From the NCBI GenBank assembly GCA_964432865.1, contig CAYSOY010000002.1, positions 35,187 through 48,990 of the forward strand: a DNA stretch of 13,804 bases, given 5' to 3'. The notes under the pieces are model-generated. The model was not told where the DNA came from. It saw only the letters and a list, made by a program, of their open reading frames with translations, and did no database searches. Positions 5,485-12,672 of the stretch are shown piece after piece; the first letter of the stretch is position 1; each line of letters begins with the position of its first letter. Made by a program: the position numbers and the translations under genes. This DNA is from an uncultured Methanosarcinales archaeon (GTDB lineage: Archaea; Nanobdellota; Nanobdellia; Woesearchaeales; UBA525).

Positions 5485-8001
5485 TTAACCTCTTTTCTTT
5501 AACTCAAAAACCCTTCTGATTCCGACGTCGACGAGGAGCAGGACTATAGCTGCTATTATAAAAGGCCACTTCAGCAACTTCTGAGTCACCCTTTTCCTCC
5601 TGGAGATCTGCTTGGCAAACTCCACAATCTTATTAACTTCTCCTGGTTTAAAACGTTTTCCCTCTGTCTTCTGCACCGTGGAGTTTAGTTCCGGATTCAT
5701 ACCGATCTCCTGGAACTCCCTCTTGTAATTTACAGCGTAAGGCACGCCGAGCAGTTCTTTAAAACCAACGGTCTGAGGTGTAAATCTGTAGAGGTATTTG
5801 TCCTCTCTCTTCTCCAGGTCCAGGGATGTACTCAGGGTCTCTTCGGAGACAATCTCTGCTTCGGTTCTCTTTCCTACCCTGGCGTCAGGGACAGAGACAG
5901 AGAAGTCTTCTTTCCTCCGGGGGTCACCCACCGCCCAGTTGACCATCCTCGATATCAGAACAGAGTTGTTCTTGGCAAGAAGAGGTCCGAAACTCCCTCC
6001 GGAAAACGCGGTGAACGCAGCCACCCTTCCGTTGCCGTAATGCCACGTCGTCAAAGCCGGCTCTCCGAAATCAGTGGTCATCAACAGGTTGGAAGACCTC
6101 TTCGGAACCACTTTGTTGTAAGCGTTCAGAGTCACGGAGTTATCAATGAACTTTTTGGTTATGAAATGAGTGTAACTCAAGGGGACCAGGGTGAAAGGGT
6201 CTCCGAACTCCTTCATCTCCGGCTCTCCCCACTTCACAAGAAGACTCTTCAACTGAGTCGCCCTGTCATAAGTACTCTCCCCCGCTGCAGCCGTTGTCTT
6301 CAAGAAAGGCTCGTCGACTTTCCTGCTGAAAACAGAGTCGTCGGAACTTCCAACGCCAACAGTCATCGTCTTCACCCCCATGGTCTTGGCGTTAGAGACT
6401 ATGTTCAAGACCTGGTTCTTTACAGCGGTATCCTGCCCAGAACCGATGCCTGCGGAGAACCTACCGTCCGTCAAGAAGATAATGTTCCTGTCCCCTGAAG
6501 ATCTTTTCAGCATGTCAACAGCCGTCCTCAGAGCGATGTCGGGAGTTGTAGGTCCTCCGCCTTTTATCCTCGAAACCTTATCTATAACGCTCTTCCGGTT
6601 GTTGTAGAGGAAGTCCGGTTTTTCAAGTATCTTCACAGACTCGGAGAGCGTCTCTTCTGCGCTCGCTCCTGTCTTTCCCTCCGTGCTCAGTCCGAAAGCA
6701 ATAACGCCCACGCGGTTATCCAACTTCAAAGTCTCTATAGCGTTCTTTACCTGCGCCCTTATGATGTCAATAGTAGGCACCTCGTCCTCTACTTTAACCA
6801 TCTTGTCTCCTTCTTTCACGTACCGGGTGCCTCCAACACCTCCACTAACATCTATTACAAAAACAAGGTTTGCCTTGCCCTTCTCTCTTTTACCCTCACC
6901 GACTCGGACAGGGAGCAGTTCTTCAAAACTGGAGCCTTTATAGGAGCCCCTGTCGAAAGAGTCGAAGCCCCCCATGACCACCAAGCCGTTCCCGTAGTAG
7001 TTGTGCTCCTCGTCCATCAGGTACTTGTGAAGCATGTTGAACTTCCTCACCCTCTCAACCGGCATGTCGTTGACCACCACCGTGTAATATTTTTGTAGGT
7101 CGGACAACTGCGAAGGAAGTCTCTTTCTTCTCTCAACAGTGTACAAGTCCTCGAGCACCTTCTGCAGAGGGTTGCCACTCTCCGAAAGAAGAAGTATCTT
7201 CGGCTTTTTGAGAACATTGACCACTTTGTAGAACTCGTTGTTCTGAGAGAACCTGTCCTCAGTGAAAACCTTCGCCTTTATCTTGTGATATCCTTGGTTG
7301 AAACTCCTGGTAAAGGTAAAGCCTTCTCTTGTCTTGCCATCAAAAATTGTCTCTCCGTCAAGTTCGACTTTTAGACGAACCTCCTCGCCGTAGTTGCTGT
7401 TTATGCCGACCTTGTAGGTCTCCTCCGCGCCCGAAATGACGTTTTTGGGACCTGTGACCTCCACGCCCGCCTCCTTGACAGAAGGTTTCAGAGTCAGGGA
7501 GCTTATCGTAGCGTTCATGTTCGTCGCGTGCAGGGCGGTGTCCGAGAGTTTCGTGCCGAAGTTGTTGCCATCTGTGAGGAGAAGAACATTCGCATTAGGG
7601 CTCAAAAACTTCAGCACCCCGTCCCCAAGGAAAGAGGAGTTGCCCGACGCGATAGACCTCTCTGTGAGAGGGATTCTTCTCTGAACGCTCTCAACAAAGG
7701 ACTCCTTGAAAGAGTCGTTCATGACATCCATACTCTCAGACTCATCGACCAACAGAGTTACTTCGGGGTTGCCCGCTTCTTCTATCGGAACCTCGACGAA
7801 CGGCCTGGCAAGAGCCAATACCAAAAGAATTATCGCTGCTGACCTCAAGAGAAAGACCCAGACTCTCTTCTTCCGCATCCTCCTCCTGCCTTCCGAGTCG
7901 AGGTTGAATCGGACGAAACTCTTACGTATCAAGAAGAACAGCACCGCTATTAGAGGTATGATTAGGTAGAGCATCTTCGGACGTAAAAACTGGAACTTCA
8001 T
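5485..8001 (-). CDS. large vWA-domain membrane protein with BatA-type N-terminal double-TM anchor and C-terminal TM (~838 aa)
   Basis: The N-terminus has FLRPKMLYLIIPLIAVLFFLIRK, an RRRMRKKR loop and then VWVFLLRSAAIILLVLALARP, which is the aerotolerance-regulator/BatA N-terminal pattern. The first vWA module has TLLVDESESM (DxSxS) ... LLLTDGNN. The second has LVFVIDVSGGVGG ... IIFLTDGR. The C-terminal TM is WPFIIAAIVLLLVDVGI followed by RRVFELKKRG. The ATG at 8001 shares one nucleotide with the upstream TGA (TGATG) and is preceded by the SD GAGGTGAT (8007-8014). Confidence 0.85.
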   Translation of the reverse strand: MKFQFLRPKMLYLIIPLIAVLFFLIRKSFVRFNLDSEGRRRMRKKRVWVFLLRSAAIILLVLALARPFVEVPIEEAGNPEVTLLVDESESMDVMNDSFKESFVESVQRRIPLTERSIASGNSSFLGDGVLKFLSPNANVLLLTDGNNFGTKLSDTALHATNMNATISSLTLKPSVKEAGVEVTGPKNVISGAEETYKVGINSNYGEEVRLKVELDGETIFDGKTREGFTFTRSFNQGYHKIKAKVFTEDRFSQNNEFYKVVNVLKKPKILLLSESGNPLQKVLEDLYTVERRKRLPSQLSDLQKYYTVVVNDMPVERVRKFNMLHKYLMDEEHNYYGNGLVVMGGFDSFDRGSYKGSSFEELLPVRVGEGKREKGKANLVFVIDVSGGVGGTRYVKEGDKMVKVEDEVPTIDIIRAQVKNAIETLKLDNRVGVIAFGLSTEGKTGASAEETLSESVKILEKPDFLYNNRKSVIDKVSRIKGGGPTTPDIALRTAVDMLKRSSGDRNIIFLTDGRFSAGIGSGQDTAVKNQVLNIVSNAKTMGVKTMTVGVGSSDDSVFSRKVDEPFLKTTAAAGESTYDRATQLKSLLVKWGEPEMKEFGDPFTLVPLSYTHFITKKFIDNSVTLNAYNKVVPKRSSNLLMTTDFGEPALTTWHYGNGRVAAFTAFSGGSFGPLLAKNNSVLISRMVNWAVGDPRRKEDFSVSVPDARVGKRTEAEIVSEETLSTSLDLEKREDKYLYRFTPQTVGFKELLGVPYAVNYKREFQEIGMNPELNSTVQKTEGKRFKPGEVNKIVEFAKQISRRKRVTQKLLKWPFIIAAIVLLLVDVGIRRVFELKKRG

Positions 8002-9872
8002 CACATATCACCTCTGAACTTTATGTAGAGGAGTTCGAAAAACAGGACTACAAAGCCGAAGTAGATGAAGTACTTGGAGATGTCGAGAGGTGACTCTTTC
8101 TCCTCTTCTTCACCCGCCCCGCCTCCAAAACTCTTCTCCTCGACAACTTCGGAGTTCACGTCAGACTCAGCCTCCGACAACAGGTTAGCAACTACTATCT
8201 TGTCTTCCAGAACGTAAGGTCCTGCTCTATCCAGAATCAGCATAGAACCCCTCTCCGTCTCTCCGCTCGGAGTCTTATACTTTTTTTCAGAGTCAAATGT
8301 CAGTATATCCCCTGTCTCTCTGTTAAGAACTTTGGAAGTCGGCGTGTCTGACAAGAAGTTGAGGAGGCGTTTCCAGAATACCACGTGGGTGTTCTCTAAG
8401 GGGAATGTTGAGTAGCTTTCAAAAACGCCGTAGAAAAGAACTGTTCCATCGCCAACGTTCTTCATAGAGACTATCGGCTCGCCGTCGTAAGTAGTGATCA
8501 ACGAGCGAGTCTCCTTCTTGTTCTTAACCTTCAAGTATTTTGAGACCTGTCCAAAGGATATTCTGTTGGTGAGGACGTTCTGTGACTCGGGAACAAGTTC
8601 TGCTCTTCCTCCCTCAACGTTCTTCATTTCTTCCACCAGTTCCACAGGCATCATCCCTTGGAAGTCCACCGAGAAGATATCTTTCTGAGGCATTATTATA
8701 AGAGAAGCACCCTCTTCAGCAACCTGTTCCTTTATCTTCCTCATAACCCCTGGGAGCAGGAACCTGGGTTTTATATCCTGTATTATGAAAACCTCGTACT
8801 TACTCAAGTCAGGTATCTTAGGAGGCTCTGCTATGTCAACAGAGGGCTGGAGCAGAAAGTTATCAGGTATCCCTTTTTTGAGGTTCTTGGAGAGTATGGA
8901 TGAACTGAAATCATCGGAGTTGGTTATGACCAGCACGGGGAGGTCGGAGGACTCAGGAAGGCTTGTCCAAGCAGTATTGTCCGGCAAGAAGTTGTCACCC
9001 TCTTTTATCTCTATCTTGCCTCTGCCTTTCGGCGCGTCGAACTCCACCGATTTCGTCTCATCTTTCTCCAGCGAGACAGTTCTTTCAGAGCCGGCGATGG
9101 AGAGCGTTATCTCTTCCGCCTGGCCCTTGAAGTTCTTTATGAAAACCTCAAACCTGGTCTTTCCTCTCTTGAGAAGGTCTATTATCCCTATGTTCTCGGC
9201 GGGGTCTCTTACCTCTATTTTCTCTACCACGATGCCTTCTCCTTCAAGAGAGTTCAACTTCGGAGTTATCTGGAACTCGCCCTCGGTAGGTATGAAATCA
9301 GAGACTATGGTAAGTTTGGTCCCGGAATCAAGGTATTTCTCTGCAGCCCTTATGGAAGCATCGAGGTTCGTGGTGGACTCAGTAGGGGAGAGGCCTGACA
9401 AGAGGTTGGACGCTTCCGATTCCGAAACCTTCTCGGCGAGGAGTTGCGGGGTCTTCTTTACAAGTATTATGGTATTCTCGGAGGCGAGGTTTGCCTTTGC
9501 CTTATCTATTATCTTTGAAAACCGACCGTCCGCCTGGGTGCTCGCAGAAACATCTACCAGGAGAACGTTGCTCTTTACAAGAGCGTCCTGGGAGACGTTT
9601 GTGTACGGCTTGGCAACCGCCACTGAAAGAACCACTATCAGCAAGAGTTGTATGAAGAAAAGCAGGTCTGTAAAGAACCTTCTGAAAAGCCGGCTTACCT
9701 TGTTCTGCCCGACGTCCTTCATAAAGAAAACAAGCGTAGGTATTGTTTCATGCCTCGGCTTCGGCCTTATCAAGTAGAACAGAAGCAGAGGTAGTAGGGA
9801 GAGCAGAGCCAACAGTCCGTAAGGGTTCAAAAAGTAATCCGACAAAAATTTACCTATAAATTCCCACGCCAT
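8001..9872 (-). CDS. vWA-domain membrane protein with BatA-type N-terminal double-TM anchor and C-terminal TM (~623 aa)
   Basis: The N-terminus has LNPYGLLALLSLLPLLLFYLIRPKPR, a basic loop and then LLFFIQLLLIVVLSVAVAKPY, the BatA N-terminal pattern. This is followed by NVLLVDVSASTQ (DxSxS MIDAS). The C-terminal TM is YFIYFGFVVLFFELLYI. The ORF track starts at a TTG (9923). I prefer the ATG at 9872 because a TATA box, TTTATAAA (9895-9902), is centred about 26 nt upstream, which gives a leaderless transcript. Confidence 0.85.
   Translation of the reverse strand: MAWEFIGKFLSDYFLNPYGLLALLSLLPLLLFYLIRPKPRHETIPTLVFFMKDVGQNKVSRLFRRFFTDLLFFIQLLLIVVLSVAVAKPYTNVSQDALVKSNVLLVDVSASTQADGRFSKIIDKAKANLASENTIILVKKTPQLLAEKVSESEASNLLSGLSPTESTTNLDASIRAAEKYLDSGTKLTIVSDFIPTEGEFQITPKLNSLEGEGIVVEKIEVRDPAENIGIIDLLKRGKTRFEVFIKNFKGQAEEITLSIAGSERTVSLEKDETKSVEFDAPKGRGKIEIKEGDNFLPDNTAWTSLPESSDLPVLVITNSDDFSSSILSKNLKKGIPDNFLLQPSVDIAEPPKIPDLSKYEVFIIQDIKPRFLLPGVMRKIKEQVAEEGASLIIMPQKDIFSVDFQGMMPVELVEEMKNVEGGRAELVPESQNVLTNRISFGQVSKYLKVKNKKETRSLITTYDGEPIVSMKNVGDGTVLFYGVFESYSTFPLENTHVVFWKRLLNFLSDTPTSKVLNRETGDILTFDSEKKYKTPSGETERGSMLILDRAGPYVLEDKIVVANLLSEAESDVNSEVVEEKSFGGGAGEEEEKESPLDISKYFIYFGFVVLFFELLYIKFRGDM
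8007..8014 (-). promoter_or_regulatory. Shine-Dalgarno site GAGGTGAT for the 838-aa vWA gene, inside the 3' end of the upstream gene (translational coupling)
   Basis: The minus strand reads AGAGGTGATATGTGATGAAG. The SD lies 5 nt upstream of the ATG, and the ATG overlaps the upstream TGA by one base. Confidence 0.7.
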
Positions 9873-9894
9873 AGTTAAAGAATAAAAGAGAGAA

Positions 9895-9902
9895 TTTATA
9901 AA
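9895..9902 (-). promoter_or_regulatory. archaeal TATA box for the vWA/MoxR cluster (leaderless first gene)
   Basis: The palindromic TTTATAAA is centred about 26 nt upstream of the ATG at 9872, matching the archaeal TATA-to-TSS distance. Confidence 0.6.
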
Positions 9903-10001
9903 AGTTATCAAAAATTTTATCAAAATCTAACTCTCTGAACTACGGTGTGTGTTTTTCTTTCGCGCGTTGCTCTCACCCCGGTCAAGTTTCGTGTGAGAAG
10001 A

Positions 10002-10009
10002 TTTATAAA
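10002..10009 (+). promoter_or_regulatory. candidate TATA box upstream of pgi (would give a leader of about 90 nt)
   Basis: TTTATAAA is preceded by the purine-rich GAGAAGA (BRE-like). It is the same octamer seen at the other promoters, but it lies about 115 nt upstream of the GTG start. Confidence 0.4.
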
Positions 10010-10123
10010 GAGTGAAAGGTAGTAGAGACTGTGGAGGGAGTAGAGAAGTAAAAAAGAGGTGGGATTATTTTAGAAATAGAGATTAATGGTTCAAGAGCTA
10101 ATACTGATTTAGTAAAGGAAGAA

Positions 10124-11245
10124 GTGGATTCTCTGAAAAAAAGTTTTGAAAAACCTGATTTCTACAACTACAAACCAGATTTTAACAAGATGTTCCGCCT
10201 CGCATCAAAATATTCTACAATAGACAACTTTGTAATCATAGGCAGGGGAGGGTCCACAACAACTTTCAAAGGAATATACACTTCTCTAATAAAATTCTTA
10301 ACTACAAAAAAAGTTTACTTCGTAGAAACTACTGACCCTCAAAAGCTTTCCTGGATAAAAAAGAAGTGCTACCCGAACAACACTTTGGTAATAGTAATAA
10401 GCAAGTCAGGGGAGACAGTAGGTGTTGTAGAGGACTTCTTCTACTTCGAAGGTTATGAGAAACTCATAATTACAAAAGATGGAACTCTTACAGAACTTGG
10501 AAAGAGAAAGAGTTACGAAATAGTAGAACACCCTGATATAGGAGGCAGGTTTTCAGGGGTTTCAGAAACTTCTCTACTACCCGCGTCTCTTCTATACGTA
10601 GATTCAAAAGATATATGGAAAGGAGTTCACTCCTCCTACAAAAAATGTGCTGACTTGGAAGAGAGTCCTGCTTTGAAAACAGCTGAGCACCTATACTCCT
10701 TGGAAAAAGAAGGTTTTACAGAGGTTTACACACCTATCTATTCCGAAAAGTTGAAAGGTTTTTCAGAGATGATAACACAGTTATTCCACGAAACGGTTTG
10801 TAAAGAGAGAAAGGGACAGAGTTTTAACGTCTTGGAAGCACCGAACTCGCAACACCACACCCATCAAAGAGTCTTTGGAGGGAGGGAGAACATCGCCTCT
10901 GTATTCATAGGAGTAAAAAAACACTCTGAAGACACAGACGTAAGTACTGATTCATACTTTAAAAACATTAATCTTAGAGGAGCGCCTATAAAAATCTTGG
11001 AGAATCACAGTTTTGGAGAAGCTCTTAACTTAGAGATGGAAAGCGCCTACGCAACCGCTCTTGAAGAAAAAATACCTGCTCTTAAACTCATGATTCCTGA
11101 AATATCTCCGTTCTCAATAGGTGAGTTCATCGGCTTCTGGCACTATACAGTCATCTACTCCGCCCTCTTAAGAGGAGTTAATCCTTACAACCAGCCAGCA
11201 GTAGAGAAGAGCAAGAAAAAGAGTTTTCAGATGAGAAAAGATTAG
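10124..11245 (+). CDS. pgi: glucose-6-phosphate isomerase (short SIS-type PGI)
   Basis: The motifs IIGRGGSTTTFKG, VISKSGETVG and DIGGRFSGVSETSLLP (the PGI signature [D]-x-[LIVM]-G-G-R-F-S) are present, and the C-terminal NPYNQPAVEKSKK corresponds to the conserved NPFDQPGVE..GKK end of PGIs. The start is uncertain. GTG 10124 is the first start codon after the in-frame stop at 10049, and the next candidate is ATG 10190. Confidence 0.85.
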   Translation: MDSLKKSFEKPDFYNYKPDFNKMFRLASKYSTIDNFVIIGRGGSTTTFKGIYTSLIKFLTTKKVYFVETTDPQKLSWIKKKCYPNNTLVIVISKSGETVGVVEDFFYFEGYEKLIITKDGTLTELGKRKSYEIVEHPDIGGRFSGVSETSLLPASLLYVDSKDIWKGVHSSYKKCADLEESPALKTAEHLYSLEKEGFTEVYTPIYSEKLKGFSEMITQLFHETVCKERKGQSFNVLEAPNSQHHTHQRVFGGRENIASVFIGVKKHSEDTDVSTDSYFKNINLRGAPIKILENHSFGEALNLEMESAYATALEEKIPALKLMIPEISPFSIGEFIGFWHYTVIYSALLRGVNPYNQPAVEKSKKKSFQMRKD

Positions 11246-11255
11246 GAACGTCGAT
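11202..11255 (+). repeat. 54-bp direct repeat, copy 1 (last 13 codons + stop of pgi + 10 nt)
   Basis: TAGAGAAGAGCAAGAAAAAGAGTTTTCAGATGAGAAAAGATTAGGAACGTCGAT is identical to 12566-12619 by hand alignment. The flanking bases differ on both sides. Confidence 0.95.
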
Positions 11256-11282
11256 GTAAGAACAACAGAGCCAGCGAAAGAT

Positions 11283-11290
11283 ATATAAAT
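11283..11290 (+). promoter_or_regulatory. candidate TATA box of the SBP gene (near-leaderless)
   Basis: TATATAAA is centred about 30 nt upstream of the ATG at 11317. Confidence 0.5.
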
Positions 11291-11316
11291 ATAGAAAAAA
11301 TTTATCTTTTTCCACG

Positions 11317-12453
11317 ATGAACAAGAAAGTAATAATCGGAATCTTACTCATTATCGTCTTATCCTTACTTCTTACTGGATGTCAAACAACACAAGAAGGA
11401 CAAAAAGATACGAACGAAAAGGGAAAACAGTTGAAAGTAGGTGCGATATTACCATTGTCGGGTTCCGGAGCAGTATTTGGAGAAAACATGAGGAGAGCTA
11501 TGGAACTAGCTAAAGAAGATCTGGCTAATCGAGGTATAAACATTGAGATAATATATGAAGATAATAAGTTAAAACCCAAGAAATCAGTAACGGCGTACAA
11601 GAAATTAACAAATGTAGACAATGTAGATGTTGTAATATCTATCTTCAGTAGAACAAGTGTGCCCCTTGTTAGTCAAGCTAAACAAGACGAAATCTCTTTG
11701 TTTTTGACAGGGGTAGCTGCAAGTGGGTTACCAGAAGAAAGCCCTCATATTTTTAGATTTGCTTATAGATCAGAACAGTATGCTGATATACTTCAAACTG
11801 TTCCGGAAAACTTTAGTGAGATGGCATTATTCTATGTTAATGATGAGTATGGTGTATCCGCAGTTAAGGATATAAAACAAAGAGCAGAACAGAAAGGGAT
11901 AGATATAGTAGTCGAAGAAACTTTTAATCCTGAACAAACAGATTATAGGAGTCAACTTTCTAAAATAAAACAAGCTAAGCCGGACGGAATAATTCATCTT
12001 ATGGGAGTTCCTTCCACAGTTGTAAGTTTTCTAAAGCAGAAAAAAGAATTAAACATCAAAATTCCTCTGTTTGATTCGGGTACGCACTTATCAAGCTATC
12101 GTCCATTTGTACCATCTCTGAAAAATTTATCTGAAGGGGCTAGAAGCCAATCTCTTCCTTTCCTTCTGGGCAAAACAGGTAACGAATTTAGGACAAAATA
12201 TCAAGAAAAATATGGCGAAGAACCGCCAGGATGGGTAACGCCATTTGGATATGACACTATAAAGCTTATAGGTAAAGCAACACAAGGAGAAAAATTAGAT
12301 AGTAGTGAAATAACTCAGAGACTAAGAGATTATGGCACTTATGAAAGCCTGAATGGTCCAATAAAAATTCAAGATAATGGCGAGATTAATCCGCCTTTAG
12401 TTCCTGTCCGAGTTGTAGATGGAGAGTTAAAAGAAATAAATGTTTCTAACTAA
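11317..12453 (+). CDS. ABC-transporter substrate-binding lipoprotein, LivJ/LivK-like (Peripla_BP_6 type); orphan, with no permease or ATPase gene nearby
   Basis: The signal peptide carries a lipobox (LSLLLTGCQ). LKVGAILPLSGSGAVFGENMRRAMELAKEDLANRGINIEIIYEDNKLKPKKSVTAYKKLTNVDNVDVVIS matches the N-lobe pattern of branched-chain-amino-acid-type binding proteins. A TATA-like TATATAAA (11283-11290) is centred about 30 nt upstream of the ATG. Confidence 0.88.
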   Translation: MNKKVIIGILLIIVLSLLLTGCQTTQEGQKDTNEKGKQLKVGAILPLSGSGAVFGENMRRAMELAKEDLANRGINIEIIYEDNKLKPKKSVTAYKKLTNVDNVDVVISIFSRTSVPLVSQAKQDEISLFLTGVAASGLPEESPHIFRFAYRSEQYADILQTVPENFSEMALFYVNDEYGVSAVKDIKQRAEQKGIDIVVEETFNPEQTDYRSQLSKIKQAKPDGIIHLMGVPSTVVSFLKQKKELNIKIPLFDSGTHLSSYRPFVPSLKNLSEGARSQSLPFLLGKTGNEFRTKYQEKYGEEPPGWVTPFGYDTIKLIGKATQGEKLDSSEITQRLRDYGTYESLNGPIKIQDNGEINPPLVPVRVVDGELKEINVSN

Positions 12454-12459
12454 TATAAT

Positions 12460-12609
12460 ATGAATAAAAGAGAAATTAAAGATGCTATTAAGCATATAGC
12501 AACAGAGTTCAAATATTTTAAACAAATTGAGAGGGAAATGAAGAAAGCAGAAGAGGTAGAAAGTTTAGAGAAGAGCAAGAAAAAGAGTTTTCAGATGAGA
12601 AAAGATTAG
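12460..12609 (+). CDS. possible 49-aa ORF, chimeric; its last 13 codons and stop are the duplicated pgi tail
   Basis: Hand translation gives MNKREIKDAIKHIATEFKYFKQIEREMKKAEEVESLEKSKKKSFQMRKD*. The ATG lies 7 nt after the SBP stop. I see no clear SD or other support, so it may simply be a by-product of the duplication. Confidence 0.25.
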   Translation: MNKREIKDAIKHIATEFKYFKQIEREMKKAEEVESLEKSKKKSFQMRKD

Positions 12610-12619
12610 GAACGTCGAT
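12566..12619 (+). repeat. 54-bp direct repeat, copy 2
   Basis: Identical to 11202-11255 and located 1,364 nt downstream of copy 1. Confidence 0.95.
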
Positions 12620-12672
12620 ATAAAAACAGCAATCAATAAAGAGTTCTTGATACTTATACAAGCAACGAATTA

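Noticed and set aside
5798-7969. Series of 75-152-aa plus-strand ORFs (5798, 6040, 6380, 6683, 7436, 7528, 7706)
   Set aside because: All lie antisense within the 838-aa vWA gene. They overlap each other in different frames and lack start-site signals.
8785-9777. 330-aa plus-strand ORF inside the 623-aa vWA gene
   Set aside because: It is antisense to a gene with clear BatA-N and MIDAS motifs. The product is S/F/L-rich with no features, so it is a shadow ORF.
9873-9923. TTG-initiated N-terminal extension (MIKFLITFINSLFYSLT) of the 623-aa protein, and similar TTG/GTG extensions at 5427, 4822, 3960 and 8004
   Set aside because: Downstream ATGs have proper TATA-box or SD geometry. The extension at 9923 would place the TATA box inside the coding sequence.
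9971-9998. Possible hairpin TCTCAC-N16-GTGAGA in the relatively GC-rich divergent intergenic region, considered as a tRNA or small RNA
   Set aside because: It has only a 6-bp stem with a 16-nt loop. There is no cloverleaf, no conserved tRNA boxes and no terminator. The evidence is insufficient.
10087-10113. 9-codon uORF (MVQELILI*) in the putative pgi leader
   Set aside because: It is too short and unsupported to call as a gene. It is mentioned only in the context of the leader.
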